Shown here in pieces: positions 15,030 to 28,545 of a DNA stretch of 64,000 nucleotides (its first letter is position 1; every line of letters starts with the position of its first letter). Source of the DNA: the human T2T-CHM13v2.0 reference genome, Homo sapiens. Below the pieces are notes generated by a model. The model was not told where the DNA came from and ran no database searches. It worked only from the letters and a program-made list of their open reading frames with translations. The stretch lies in the NCBI RefSeq assembly GCF_009914755.1, contig NC_060928.1. One strand, given 5' to 3'. The translations under genes were made by a program, and so were the position numbers.

Positions 15030-15280
15030 TAAATAATATCTATTAAGTCCTTATCATATGCAAGGCTTTTATTTACATTATCCACCTTACATAAATTATC
15101 TCTTCTAATTCTTCCAACAGCATGAAAAAAAAAAAACATCTATTTATTTTTCCAGGTAACAAAAGTTCAGGTTTAGAGAACTCAAGTAATTTGCCTAAAT
15201 TTACACAGCAAACAGTAATGTTCCAACTTAATCTCAGGGCATTTGGCCTCAAAATACTATTTCCATCCCTACTTTCTTGC
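15030..15280 (-). mobile_element. MIR SINE
   Basis: ttttccaggtaacaaaagttcaggtttagagaactcaagtaatttgcctaaatttacacagc. Confidence 0.65.
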
Positions 15281-15290
15281 TTCCTCCTTT

Positions 15291-15292
<2 letters not shown>

Positions 15293-15340
<48 letters not shown>
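15293..15340. repeat. (AT)24 microsatellite
   Basis: Direct read. Confidence 0.95.
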
Positions 15341-15343
<3 letters not shown>

Positions 15344-15613
15344 TTTTCATATATTTTGCTTTTGGGATTTAAAAGATAAAAACCTTAAACATTTCAGATA
15401 TATTTGAAATTATCTTTGGAATCCTTCTCAGTCTCATTTCCTGTTACAGTAGCAACTACTATAGTGAAATTTTTGGATAATCTTCCAATGAACTTTTACT
15501 CAGTGTAACTCTCCATATATAATGTATGGTGTTTCCAGTTTTAATAATTAAATTTTACAAATGGTAAAAGAATTAATTGCCATTCTGTAAGTTGTTTTGG
15601 TGTTTCAGTGTTT

Positions 15614-15710
15614 TGGAGCTTCTTTTCTGTTCTTTTTTTACTCCTATTTTTCTCCATAAATATCATGAATCTTTTAGTCTATATATTTCTAAGTAAAGTA
15701 TTATCTTGTG
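15614..15710 (+). repeat. ~95-bp direct repeat A, copy 1
   Basis: tggagcttctttt...ctccataaatatcatg...aagtaaagtattatcttgtg recurs at 16847-16940. Confidence 0.9.
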
Positions 15711-16007
15711 GCTATTATCTTGTGATTTGAGAATTTAAATATGTTGATATATGAATATCTGGCTTATTCTGTTTTAACTGCTATATAGTATATCAAATAT
15801 AAATATACTATTGTTTGTTATCCATTCCCTAATGATGGACATTTAGATAGCTGTTAAAATAAGCTATAATTACCCCAGATATGTTTGATGGTTGCAGCAT
15901 TCTATCTATAATGCTATAATTATCACAGATGTTTCATAATTGCAGCATTCTATCTATCTATGTATCTATCTATCTTAGTCTATCTACAGGCATCTCATTA
16001 TGCAGAT

Positions 16008-16486
16008 TGTACTAGTTTCTATTACTGCTGTAACAAATCACCAAAATTTAGTGGCGTAAAACAACACATATTGGTGTCGTCTACGTCTGGAGGTTGAAAT
16101 CCAAAATAGATTTCACTGCGCTAAAGTCAAGGGGTCCACAGGCTGGTTACTTCTGGGAGGCTCTAGGAGAGAAACAGTTCCCTTGTCCTTCCAGCCTCTA
16201 GGAGCCTCTCAGATTCCTGGGCTCATGCCCTCCTTCTTCCATTTTCAAAGCCAGCAGTGGGACCTTCTCAAGCTGCCATTTATCGGTTATCTGCAGCTCA
16301 GAAAATGTTTCCACATTTAAGGATTCATGAGATTATACTGGGCACACCCGGATAATCTAGGAAACACTCTTCACCTCAGAGTCCTTAACCTTAATCACAA
16401 TTGCAACTTCCTTTGCCATGTAAGGTAACATCATCACAGGATTAGAATGCAGACATCTTTAGGGGGATATTTTTCTGCCTAACACA
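16008..16486 (-). mobile_element. MaLR solo LTR, MLT1D-like
   Basis: tgtactagtttctattactgctgtaacaaatcacc...ctttgccatgtaaggtaaca...gcctaacaca. Confidence 0.8.
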
Positions 16487-16626
16487 CATTTATGCTCCCA
16501 TTTCCCCACATCATCATCAACACTTGCCATTTTCATTTATTTATATTGTTACGATGGAGAGATATATCATGCGTTTTCATAAGTTCAAAAGCCTTCTCTT
16601 ATGTTCATTGGCATTTTTTGTAACAT

Positions 16627-16843
16627 ACAGAGTCTCCTGAGGCTCAAGCAATGCTCCCACCTCAGTTTCCTGAGTAGCTGGGCCTACAGGTGTGCATCAC
16701 CATGCCTGTCTATTTTTTTGTTTGTTTGTTTGTTTGTTTTTGTAGATACAAAATTTCACTCTGCTGCCCAGGCTGGTTTTGAATTCCTGGGCTCAAGCAA
16801 TCCACCTGCCTCAGCCTCCCAAAGTGCTGGAATTATAGGTATG
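16627..16843 (-). mobile_element. AluJ fragment (5'-clipped, internal right-arm deletion)
   Basis: gggctcaagcaatcc AluJ diagnostics; acagagtctc joined directly to ctgaggctcaagc. Confidence 0.85.
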
Positions 16844-16846
16844 GTC

Positions 16847-16940
16847 TGGAGCTTCTTTTATGTTCTTTTTTAACTCCTATTCTCCATAAATATCATGCAT
16901 CTTTTAGTCTATGTATTTCTAAGTAAAGTATTATCTTGTG
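16847..16940 (+). repeat. ~95-bp direct repeat A, copy 2
   Basis: Matches 15614-15710 with about 4 substitutions and a 3-bp indel. Confidence 0.9.
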
Positions 16941-17011
16941 AATATTAAAATATCTGTTTTATCACAAAAATTATTTTCAATAAAATAATTAAAAATGGCA
17001 TTGTGTTGAAA

Positions 17012-20000
17012 TTTGTTTTTTCTGACTCTTATTTTAGGTTCAGGGGGTATATGTGCAGATTTGTTACATGGGTAATTTGCATGTCACTGAGGTTTGGTGC
17101 GTAAATAATTTCATCACCCAGGTAGTGAGCATAATACCCACTAGTTAACTGTTCAACCCTCTCTCTCCCTCACCCCCCTCTCCCCTGGTAGTCTCCAGTG
17201 TCTGCCTATTGTTCCCATCTTTGAGTCCATGTGTACTCAATGATTAGCTCCCACTTATAAGTGAGAACATGCGGTATTTTGTTTTCCGTTCTTCCATTAA
17301 TTCACTTGGGAATGGCCTTCAACTGCATCCATGTTGCTGCAAAGAAGATTATTTCATTCTTTTTTTTTTTGACTGTGTAGTATTGCATGGTGTATACGTA
17401 TCAAATTTTCTCTATACACCCCATCGTTGATGAGCATCTAGATTGATCTCATGTCTTTGCTATTTTGAATAGTGCTGTGATTAACATATGAGTGCCTGTG
17501 TCTTTTTGGTGGAATGATTTATTTTCCTTTGGATATATACTCAGTATAGTATTGCTATTAGTTGTTTTGTTTTACGTTATTTGAGAAACCTCCAAACTGC
17601 TTTCCACAGTGGCTGAACTAATTTTAATTTCCACCAAAAGTGTGTAAGTGTTCCCTTTTCTCCACAACCTTACCAACATCCTGTTATTTTTTGACTTTTT
17701 AATAAAAGCCATTCTGACTGGTGTGAGATGGCACCTAAATGTGGTTTGGATTTGCATTTCTTTAATAATTAGTGATGTTGATCTTTTTTTATATATTTGT
17801 TGGCTGCTTGTATATCTACTTTTGAGAAGTTTCTGTTCATATTATTTGCCCATTTTTAATGGGGTTATTTGGTTTTTTGCTTGTTGAATTAAGATCCTTA
17901 TGGATTCTGTATATTAGACCTTTGTTGGATGCATAGTTTGTGAATATTTTGTCCACAAGTTGTCTGTTTACTCTATTGACAGATAGTTTTTGTTGTTGTT
18001 GTTGTGCAGAAGCTTGTTAGTTTAATTAGGTTCCACTTGTCACTTTTTCTTTTTGTTGTGATTGCTTTTGGTGACTTACTCATAAATTCTTTGCCAAGGC
18101 CAATGTCCAGAAGGGCATTTCCTAAGCTTTCTTTTAATATTTTTATAATGTTAGATCTTACATTTATGTTTTTAATCTATCCTGAGTTAATTTTTGTATA
18201 TGGTGAATGGTAGTGATTCAGTTTCAATTTCTGCATATGGCTAGCTAGCCAGCTACCCTAGCACCATTTGTTGAATAGGGAGTCCTTTTCCAAATGCATT
18301 GCTCTATGTATCTGTTTTTATAGCACTACAAAACTGTTTTCATTACTGTAGTCTAGTAGTATAGTTTGAAGTCAGGTAGTGTGATGCCTCCAGATTTATC
18401 CTTTTTGGTTAGGATTGCTTTGAGTATTGAGGCTCTTTTTTGATTCCACATGAATTTTAGAATACTTTTTTCTGATTCTAAGAAAAATGACCTTGGTAGT
18501 TTGATAAGAATAGCATTGAATCTGCAAATTGCTTTGGGTAACATGGCCATTTAAACAATATTGATTCTTCCTATCTAGGAACATGGAATATTTTCCAACT
18601 TTTTTATGTCAACTTAGATTTCTTTCAACAGTGTTTTCTAATTCTTATAGAGATCTTTTACCTCCTTGGTTGGTGATTCCTAAGTATTTCACTAATTTTT
18701 GTAGCTATTATAAATGTGACTGCATTCTTGATTTGGCTCTATTCATTGCTGTATAGAAATGCTACTGGTTTTGTACATTTATTTTGTATCTTGAAACTTT
18801 ACTGAAGTCCTTTATGAGCTCTAGAAGCCTTTTGGAAGAGGCTTTTGTGTTTTCTAGTATAGACTCATATCATAAGTGAAGAGAGATAATTTGATTTCAC
18901 TCTTCCTATTTGGATGCCTTTCAGTTCTTTATCTTGCCTGATTGCTCTGGCCAGGACTTCCAGTACTATGCTGAATGGGAATGGTGACAGTGAGTATCCT
19001 CATTTTCTCCCAGTTCTCAAGGAAAATGCTTTCAGCTTTTGGCCATTCAGCATGATGTTGGCTGTGGATTTGTCATAAAATGGCTTTTATTATTTTGATA
19101 CATGTTCCTTTAATGCCTAGTTTTTGAGGGTTTTAAAAATAGATGATAAATTTTATCAAAAACATTTCTCTATTGAGATGATCATATGGTTTTTGTTTTT
19201 ATGCAGTGAATCACACTGATTGATTTGTATTTGTTGAACCAAACTTGCATCCCTGGAATAAAGCCTACTTGAGAGTGGTGAATTAACTTTTCAATGTGCT
19301 GCTGAATTCAGTTTGCTAGTATTTTGTTGAAGATTTTTGCATGTACATTCATCAGGTATACTGACCTGAAATCTTCCTTGTGTGTGTGTCTATATGTTTC
19401 TACCAGATTTTGGTATCATAATGATGTTGGCATCATAAAATGAGGTAGGGAGTTATCGCTCCACCTCAATTTTTTGGAATAATTTCAGTACGATTAGTTG
19501 TAGCCCTTTGTATGTCTGGTATAATTTGGCTGTAAATTCATCTGGTTCTGGACTTTTTTTTGGTTGACAGATTTTTTTATTTTTGATTCAATTATGGAAC
19601 TCATTGATCAGTTCAGTGTTTTGATTTCTTCTTTTAATTTCTTCCCACAATCTTGGGATGGTGTGTTTCCAAAAGCTTATCCATTTTCTACGGTTTTTCT
19701 AGCTTGTGTGCATAGAGGGGTTTGTAATAGTCTCCATGGATTTTTTTGTGTTTCTTTAGGGTTGGTTGTAATGTCACCCATGTCCTTTCTGATTGTGCTT
19801 ATTTGCCTCTTCTTTTTTTCTTTATTAACCTAGTTAGTGGTCTAGAAATCCTGTTTATTCTTTCGAGAAACCAATTCTTGGTTTCATTTAACCTTTAGTA
19901 TGGATTTTCACATTTCAATTTTGTTTACTTCCTTTCTAATTTGGTTATTTCTTTTCTTCTGCTAGCTTTGAGGTTGGAATGCTCTTGTTTTCCAGTTTCT

Positions 20001-20335
20001 ACAGGTGTGATGTTAGGTTGCTAATTTGAGGTCTTTCTAATTTCTTGATGTGGGAATTTAATGATATAAACTTTCTTAGCACTGTTTTAGATATGTCCCA
20101 AAGATTCTTGTATGTTCTATTTCTGTTCTTATTAGTTTCAGTACTGGCAACCCGATGGAGTGCTGGCAGCTTCCTCTCCCCTTAGCCCCAGTGTCTGTGT
20201 CATCTCTCCAATCCCTCTCAGTGCATTCTCTTAGAAGATCTGTTTGGAGTATGCTGGTCTACTAGATATTTTGGTCTCTTTCAATGGGAGAAGCTCTTCC
20301 TGACTGTTTCTACTTGGCCATCTTTAACATTCCTC
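17012..20335 (-). mobile_element. L1 (L1PA15/16-like): 3'UTR and ORF2 remnant (17012-20140) joined to the L1 5' terminus (20141-20335)
   Basis: ORF2 fragments [31 protein letters not shown] and MQIQTTFRCHLTPVRMA; minus strand AAGATGGCCAAGTAGAAACAG 5' start near 20324. Confidence 0.9.
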
Positions 20336-22192
20336 TTGTTTTGCTTATTAAGACCCCAAAATGAGTAGGAAAATTGTTAACAAGACTTTAGTGAAAGTTA
20401 GCTATTAAAATGTAGAAATAAAATCTGGCCATCATTGAATTTAATGTAGTATTTAATACAATACCAAATGTCCTTGGGTATCAATAATACTTAGTACAAT
20501 GAAAAATGGCTGCCCTACAGAATCCACAGAATGACTAGCTAACTGAACAGATCAAGAGGAGTAAGGCAAAGCCCAGACCTGACCACAGTAACAGTGTGGG
20601 TGGCACAGCTTATGCATTCACCATCAGACACTCTCCAAATGCTACTCATATCTAGAAATAGCCAATTTAGCAGCTAAAAAATCATGATTGTTCTTGAACC
20701 TTTGAACAGTTATCTCAGAAGTCAAATCCTAAATACAATCATCCAATTGTCTACATTGAGGCCGCAAGTCCACATTATAGCTGTCTCTGGAGTGGAAGAG
20801 AATGTGTTTATTCTATAGTACTTTTGTAGTGAGAGGTGGAATAATACCTTTAACCTATCTTGGAATTTTCTCCAAATAAAAGGAATTATTTTTTGGCCAA
20901 AAAATACAAATGACTGCTATATTCTAGCTGACATTTTTTTGTGTATGATCAGTTTAGTAATGGTACTTTTCATGTTGCTGTCAACCCATATACTATGTGA
21001 ATTTAAGACGATACATGTGTAAGATCACAACATCCTGAGGACAGAATTCTGAGGACTGCTTTTTTCTATTACAGCTTCATTGGTTAGCCTATGCCCTGCA
21101 GAAAATGCAAGTTACGTTTTCTACCCACAGTTAGCTTCAGGAAAAGAAGTATTCCATAAGCCAATTATCTATGGTTCCGCAAACACTGAAAAAAGGTACA
21201 ACGTCTTTGGTTGTTGGTTGGTCTTAGAAGTAGTGGCTCAGCTAACATTCAAACTGCCTAACAAGCAGCAAGCTGCACATTAAATATTATTCCTTTCTCT
21301 TTTATTTTCTGCCAATTACAAAAGTAATATCTATTTATCACATAAATTTGCAAAAATTAGAAATTTTTGAAGAAGAAAAGAAAAAAACACCTGAAATCCA
21401 ATGGCAGGTAACCATGCCACTTTTTTATATCTCCCAATGTTTTTTAGCTTTTGTATTTATTTTTAAATAGGGTTATATTACAGACATTTTATAATGTGTG
21501 TGTGTGCTTAGCATAAAAATATATGTTAAGTAGTTTCCTTCATTCTATATATTCTTCGAGGACAGTTTTTTTCACTCTTCTATTTCATAGATGTATCTCA
21601 TTTCAGCCTTACCGTTGAACATTTAGATTCTTACCAGTATTTTGCTAATTTTAACTGACATGTTTTAAGTTACTCGCCCAGCCTACAATGAATTGCTCAT
21701 GTCTGAGAACATTCCTCCCTCACTCCTGACTGTTTACTGTTTTATGTCTAATATAGTGTCCTGTCTCTGTCACATTGTATATGCTCATATATTTTGAATA
21801 AATTCATAGGAAGTTGTGGTGGGACCATGTAAATATGTCTTATTTCATGGCCCTGTCTACTGCCCATAACTTGGACCAGGGGAGCGTACTTAGTTCAAGC
21901 TGAGCTAATGAGACTCCCTTCCCTAGGAATAAAATGAAGCTAAGTAAATGTAGTCTCAGACTTTGCTGGTTTCTTTAACAGGGATGTAAAAATAACGTAC
22001 ATTGTGATTAGACTGTCTTCTTCCAGGTGGACTATATAGCAGACAAAGCTAGGCTGCTGAAAATCATGAAGCAGATGTGCTGAAATAAAAAAGTTAAGAG
22101 ATAAAGAAAGTGCTAAAGATGAGTTCCCTGATTATTCTTAAAACAGTTGTCCTTCTACTTATAAAAAATCAAAAATATATTCTTTATTATCA

Positions 22193-22380
22193 ATTGGTCT
22201 CAATCCTTAATGTACCTCAGAATTGCCAAACATGTTTGTTAAAAAATCAGATGCTCTGTTCAACCCTAAAAGATTTTCATCCAGTGTGTTTCGAGTGGTC
22301 CCAGAAATTTGCATATTTATTAAGTATTTCAGTTAAGTGTAGTGCAGGTGGTATGAGAACTACTGCTTGCAAAGCACTGC
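22193..22380. mobile_element. MER5-type hAT-Charlie DNA transposon
   Basis: cccagaaatttgcatattta..aag...tgcaggtggtatgagaac...aagcactgc. Confidence 0.6.
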
Positions 22381-25090
22381 ATTGACTGTGCCATGTTCCC
22401 TCTTTAGTGCTTCTTCTGAACTCCTTTCCTCCAGGCTTCTTTCCCAACTCATCATTATCTAACTCTTCCCAAAAAACAAATCTCTCTTTTAAGCATTATA
22501 TACATTTGCTCATATTGTATTATGTGATGCAAGTACAAAATTATCTCTGATTCTCCTCTAGCTAGTCATCTATCAACCACGTGTCTAAATTTCCAAACAG
22601 GGAAGTCATATTACAATAGATTTTATTTAAATTGGAGCCACTCATTTAAGTGAAGGTCCATGTATTTCAGTAACTTTTGTCCTCCAAGAAGAAACAATAA
22701 AATAAATTTTATTTTTTGTCACCCTCTTTAGATAGTTCTCCTGAAGCCAAAAGGAAACTTACTGTTGAATTACCTGTAGAGAGTCACATATTTAAACGCC
22801 TCATTGTAAGAGGCAAATTCACAAAATGAATACACACTAAACACTTGGCACTGCAATTTATAAGCTTTTATGATTTTGTACTTATTATCAGAAGATAACT
22901 TTGTTGCCATCAGTAAGCATTAATTGCCTAGTGTCATTTGGATATGATGATAAGACAATAGGAATTAACCCAAATATCTACCTATAAAGCCGAATATTTT
23001 TCATTTTATTAGCAAGTAAATCTTACTAATGGAATACATTTAGTCTTCTAAACATGCCAGGCTATTTAGTTCCATTTATAAGATTGCAATGAGAGTTAAT
23101 GAGGAAGCATAATTATCTGATGCATGTTTATATTCTCTTCCTCTCATTTTTATTTTTAGCTCCTTCATGTCTTATTTTTTAAGATGGATGCTATTCTGCT
23201 TAACTCTTCTATTTTATTATAAACCAAATATGCCATAAATAAGCATGTTATACAAGAATAATTGTTTATTCTTCTCTCTGAACCATTCAACTTCCTTCTG
23301 TGACAGGCAGCAGAGTCAAGCAAATGAATGTTGAGAGGCACTATGTATTCATCAGACAAACACACATTAAGGCTGGATATTATAAACTAGAAACTGTATT
23401 AACATTTTGGTCATTAAATCTGCTTAATTAAATTTAATTGTGTTTTCCCTTACGTTATAGCAATTGCACACTAACCATATTGTCTTTCCTGTCCTAGAAA
23501 ATAAAACATTATTCCAGGAAAGTCAACAATTTAGACTTTCAAAGTCAGATGTATCTTTGAGAAGAATTAGATTATCTCTTATTACCAAGGAAAGAAATAA
23601 GGAAGATTACTGTGTTATTTTGATGGTGCCAGGGAAATGGTCAACATAAGGTATTAAAGTGCTTCTATGGGCCACTATTAATTAATTAATTATCATGTAA
23701 GTGCTGCTATCTGTCAACTTCGTATGATTTTTCTATAGGGTGAATGACACACTCAGGAATCGTCAAGTCAAACCAGTCAAACAAGAAATATAGATTTGAT
23801 GATCAGACAACAACAATCCACATTTATAATAGTTAAGTGCTTTGCAATTTTTAGGTTCTAATGGAAATTGTTCACTGCAGAAATGTAAGCACAAACAACT
23901 TAGACATGCAATATATGTAAAATGCATAACAATAAACAGCATTTTATAATTTTAAACAAGGGAGAAAACTATATTCCCACTGCGGATTTAAGACGGTGTT
24001 ATTGAAGGAAAGACATATTAACTGGTTTAGATAACAAACTTGGGACAGAAATGTCCTTGAAGGGTAACAGACCTTGGCATCTATATCCTTAACCAGTATT
24101 CCCCAGTCTATGCAGGCAAAAGTGAAGTGCTAAATGTTCAGTCAAGACTAAGGTGCCATCTAGCTTATTGATGAAGGTGACTAGAGCATGGCTATGCTGA
24201 GACTGTGTGCTTGTGATAACTACAAAGGTTGAAAACTCTTGCCATTAGCATGAGGGAATGTTTCTTCCCTGGAATATATGCTACTATACTTGTTTTCTTA
24301 AAAAAAAAACCATAATTGTAATTATATTATTGCTCTGAGTAAGACAGAAGGCACAAACATATCAGTATGCATTTCCTTACCATCCAGCTTGTTTTTATGT
24401 ACCAAAAATATATCAATTTGTGTGCAATACAAATTGTGCCATTTCTCTGACAGGACAGGTCATAAATGAAACATAGTGGCTGTTCACAATGTGCACCGGT
24501 TGCTTACAGTTCCATTTGTGAAAAAAAGTGTATGCCTTCTCTCATGACGACTCCACTGATTTATTCATGATGCACTATAGTTTGAGTGTAAAAAGTTACA
24601 GACACACCCACCAGGATTTTAGGAGGTCCTTTTGTTTTATGTCAACCATTTCAGTGTAAGATATAACTTGGCATAATGAGTCTTAGCCTGAGGGGGGAGC
24701 ATAACTTGCCAAATATAGAGAAAGATAAATTTGTCTGCTCCAGTATTACCACAGAGAGATTAATATGTAAAATTTCTCTTGCTCATTTAGATGTTTTATT
24801 ATCAGCTTCCAGCCTACCCATACATTTCAGAATGGACCTATCTCTAAAATTAATAAACAAAGTATTTTAATGGAGATATATTTCATACTTTTCTTCCTGG
24901 GATATTTCTAAAGAAAAAAGCATTGTGACCCTTTGAAAATGAATGAAATGCCATTGATTCTACAATTGGCTTCCAAGAAATGTATTTACAAATAATTTAT
25001 TTTTATTAGTAGACATTAGGAATAGTGTGCAGAATATGAGACTTAAGATCTCTTGTCTAAAGGTACTGAAATCTGCTTAAGTGTGTAGAC

Positions 25091-25265
25091 TATGGCTTCT
25101 TAACCTTGCCATTACTGACATTTTGAGTCAAAAAATCATTTGCTGTCTGGGTCTGTCTGTGCATTGTAGAATGGTTAGCAGCATCTCTGGCCTCTACCTT
25201 TGTGAAAACCAAAGAAAATTCAAATATTTTATATTGCCAAATGTCCCTTGTTTGAGAACTAGTAC
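25091..25265. mobile_element. MER20 hAT DNA transposon
   Basis: cttaaccttgccattactgacattttg...tgtgcattgtagaatggttagcagcatctctggcctctac...attgccaaatgtcccttg. Confidence 0.75.
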
Positions 25266-25267
25266 CA

Positions 25268-25830
25268 CTGCATTTGTAATCAATAGCTATGTAACAAATA
25301 CCCCCAAAATTAGCTATTTAAAACAAGAAATATTGCCTCATAATTTCTGTGGATCAGGGATTTGGGTATGGCATAGGTAGATCCTCTGTTTTGAATATCT
25401 CAAAAGACTGCAGTCAAATTGTCTGCCAGGGCTCGGGTCTCATCTGAAGATTCAATTGGAGAAGGATCCAATTCTGAGCTCATCTTATCATTGGAAGCTT
25501 TCAGCTTCCATAGAGCTGTTCCTGGAGAGACTGATGGCCTAAGTTCCCTGCTGGCTTTTGGCTGGAGGCACCCCTAATTCCTTTCCATGTGGACCTCTCC
25601 CACATGAAAGCTTATTCACCAAATTGTACGAACCAACAAGGCAATATCAAGAATCTACTAGCAAGATAGAAGTGACAATCTTTTGTAATTTAATCATAGA
25701 AGTGGCAGTCCTTCATTGTTTTTATATTCGATTGGTAAGAATGAAGTTACTCAAGGGGAGGGTCTTACATAAAGCCATGAATACTAGGAAGTGGAAAATA
25801 TTGGGGCCATCTTAGAGTCTGCCTAACTCA
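25268..25830 (-). mobile_element. MaLR solo LTR, MLT1F-like
   Basis: gtaacaaatacccccaaaattagc...tttctgtggatcaggg...ggggccatcttagagtctgccta. Confidence 0.75.
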
Positions 25831-26380
25831 ATCAAATTGGCAACACCTGACAACTAGCAAACTATGTCAGTATTACTCAGTCTTCTGCTTTTTGGGACAA
25901 CCACAACTGCCCCCCATACCCACCCCCTGCTAAATAACCAGTATTGTATGCACTGTGCAATTATGATATAAAGACAGTATGAAAAACTATGCACTAAGTA
26001 AAAGAAGTCTCAAATCTACAAGACACAGCTATATGATTGGGAGAGAAGGTAATTCTACAGAGTGATGAAAAATGCTGGTTTTTAAAGAGGCTCACATCTT
26101 ACTTTCATCTATAATGAGGATAGAAGAATTTAGCTAAGCCAAAAAGGATGTTTTCTAAAGAAGTAGTATTCTAAAGCATCAAGCTCCACTTCCCTTTTCC
26201 CTTCAGTTGCCAGAAGAACATGGGCCAGAGTAGTTTGACCTAGATAGCACAGAAATACACAATTGTTTTGGTTTGCTCTCTTTTGCTACATTTGTCAAAT
26301 TCAAACTTTTCTTTTCACCACAACTTATAACACATTTTATATCATAACCCAGAACACATGTACACCTTCCACACCCCCCA

Positions 26381-26418
26381 CGCACACACACACACAGAGA
26401 TAGAGACAGAGAGAGAGA
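26381..26418. repeat. Compound (CA)n(GA)n microsatellite
   Basis: Direct read. Confidence 0.8.
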
Positions 26419-27470
26419 AAGAACTAAACATTTTACAAAACATTACTCACCTCTTGAACTATTCTGCTTCTGTCATATTCTAGTCTGTTCTTCTATATTA
26501 TCTTATAATATTCTGTTTCATTTAAAAAAGTATGGTCAAGATTTACTAAATTATTAAATTAATTTCATGTCCCACTAATTTATACTAACTGTTTAGACAC
26601 TACTCATCTACTCCAAGCTGACAGTCAGATGCTGCTCAAGTTCTCACAAGTAATTAAATCCACAAGACTGAATTGGAGTCTAGAGAGACACATGGAAAGA
26701 ATTGTCCCATTATATGTTCCCACTATGGGCATCTAAGCAAGAAATTTTAAAAGTGTAAGCCAGAGAAAAGCTTTTTCTTTTACTCTATCTTCATGTGTTA
26801 CATATCATGCATGTAACAATATTAATGACAAGCTTCCCAGTATATGATGTCAGCATGGATTTCTCATTATTTTCTTTCTTCTTTTGGCCACTGAAGATGC
26901 AACTGTACTTTAGTTCATTTAACTTCTGCCTCTTTATGATCTGTATAAATAATAAGTATACCAGGTACAAAATTGAGCAGGTCTTTTTAATAATACCTTA
27001 TTCATTTTCCTATAGAATTTCCTGCAGAATCCAAACTATATCCTGACAGCATTGACTTTTTAAACAAGAAGTCCAACAAATAAGAAAAAAGTTTACTTTT
27101 GTTTGATCTATGTTGGTGCAAAAGATAACATAATACATAGATAAGGAAGGGATAAAAATCCATTGGGTCAAATTCATTGATATCTCTGGGTCACATTTAA
27201 AAAAAAACAAAACTAAGCTACTAGTGAGTTTAGCACTGTTGGTCATCCATCACTGAGTATTTCAGGTGAACAGCAGCATCTGTTAACATGTTTAAGTTTA
27301 GAAAAATCATCTGTGTACCTGGAGGTTAGTGATGCTAACTGACCCTCTAAGTATATATACCTGAGACTTTGGCTTCATTAGCACCTTGAATGCCAACTAG
27401 AGATCTACAGAGAGAAAATGAAGCAGTTCAGTAATTTTGTCTTTGGATGATGTCAAAGGTTAGAATTGTT

Positions 27471-27824
<354 letters not shown>

Positions 27825-28070
27825 TAACTATAAACTAAAATTGCATATTCCTGCACTTCTGGAAAGCTGGTGGGAAAGAAAGAGCAAAGAAAAGCATATA
27901 TTACATTGTTTTAAAACTCTTAGAAATTACAAAAAATAAAATTTAGCTTTTCAGGTTTTAAGGTTTTGAGTATTAGTGCACAGTGCCTACTTTGAAGGCA
28001 GTTTGAAGGCAGCATGTTACAGTATAAATATTATGGCTTTAAAAAACTCTATCTATCCCAGTTTTTTGTT

Positions 28071-28545
28071 TGTGGTGTCTTAACCACCCCTGTCTGCACT
28101 AGGTGGTGGTGGGGGTTCATCTGCAAACTCTGTTTCCCAGAGTATTTTTTAGATGGCCAACTCTGAGTGTGATCAATAAGAGGCACTACTGGGAGATGAG
28201 AGAGAAATCAGGAGAGGAACAGACATATTCATCTTTCTCTTTCTCTTGCTCTCATTCTGATTCTCACTCTAGTTTTCCTTATTCTGACATTGCCTCTGGA
28301 GCATTGGTTACTAAACGTTAGGCCTTTGTCTGTGCTCTGAGATTCTTTTCCTTAACACTTCTTCACTTGTGTTCTCCCAGCCTTTCAGGTAGGAACTGCT
28401 TCTGAGAGTTTCTAATTCCTGAGTTAACACATAACTTTTGCTTTCTCCATTTTCAAAGATCCATGCAACACACCAATTCTTTGTGTTAAATATTTCCTGT
28501 TTGAAATACTTGTGAGGTTTTTTTTCCTGATTATAAGCTTCCTGA
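28071..28545 (+). mobile_element. ERVL LTR33-like solo LTR inserted in a MIR
   Basis: ctgcaaactctgtttcccaga...caataagaggcacta...ccaattctttgtgttaaatatttcctgtttgaaatac. Confidence 0.55.

Larger units (their letters stand above)
15400..16990 (-). mobile_element. Ancient L1M 3' remnant interrupted by MLT1D, AluJ and a duplicated segment
   Basis: ttttaactgctatatagtat...tatccattccctaatgatggacatttag; tttccccacatcatcatcaacacttg. Confidence 0.5.
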
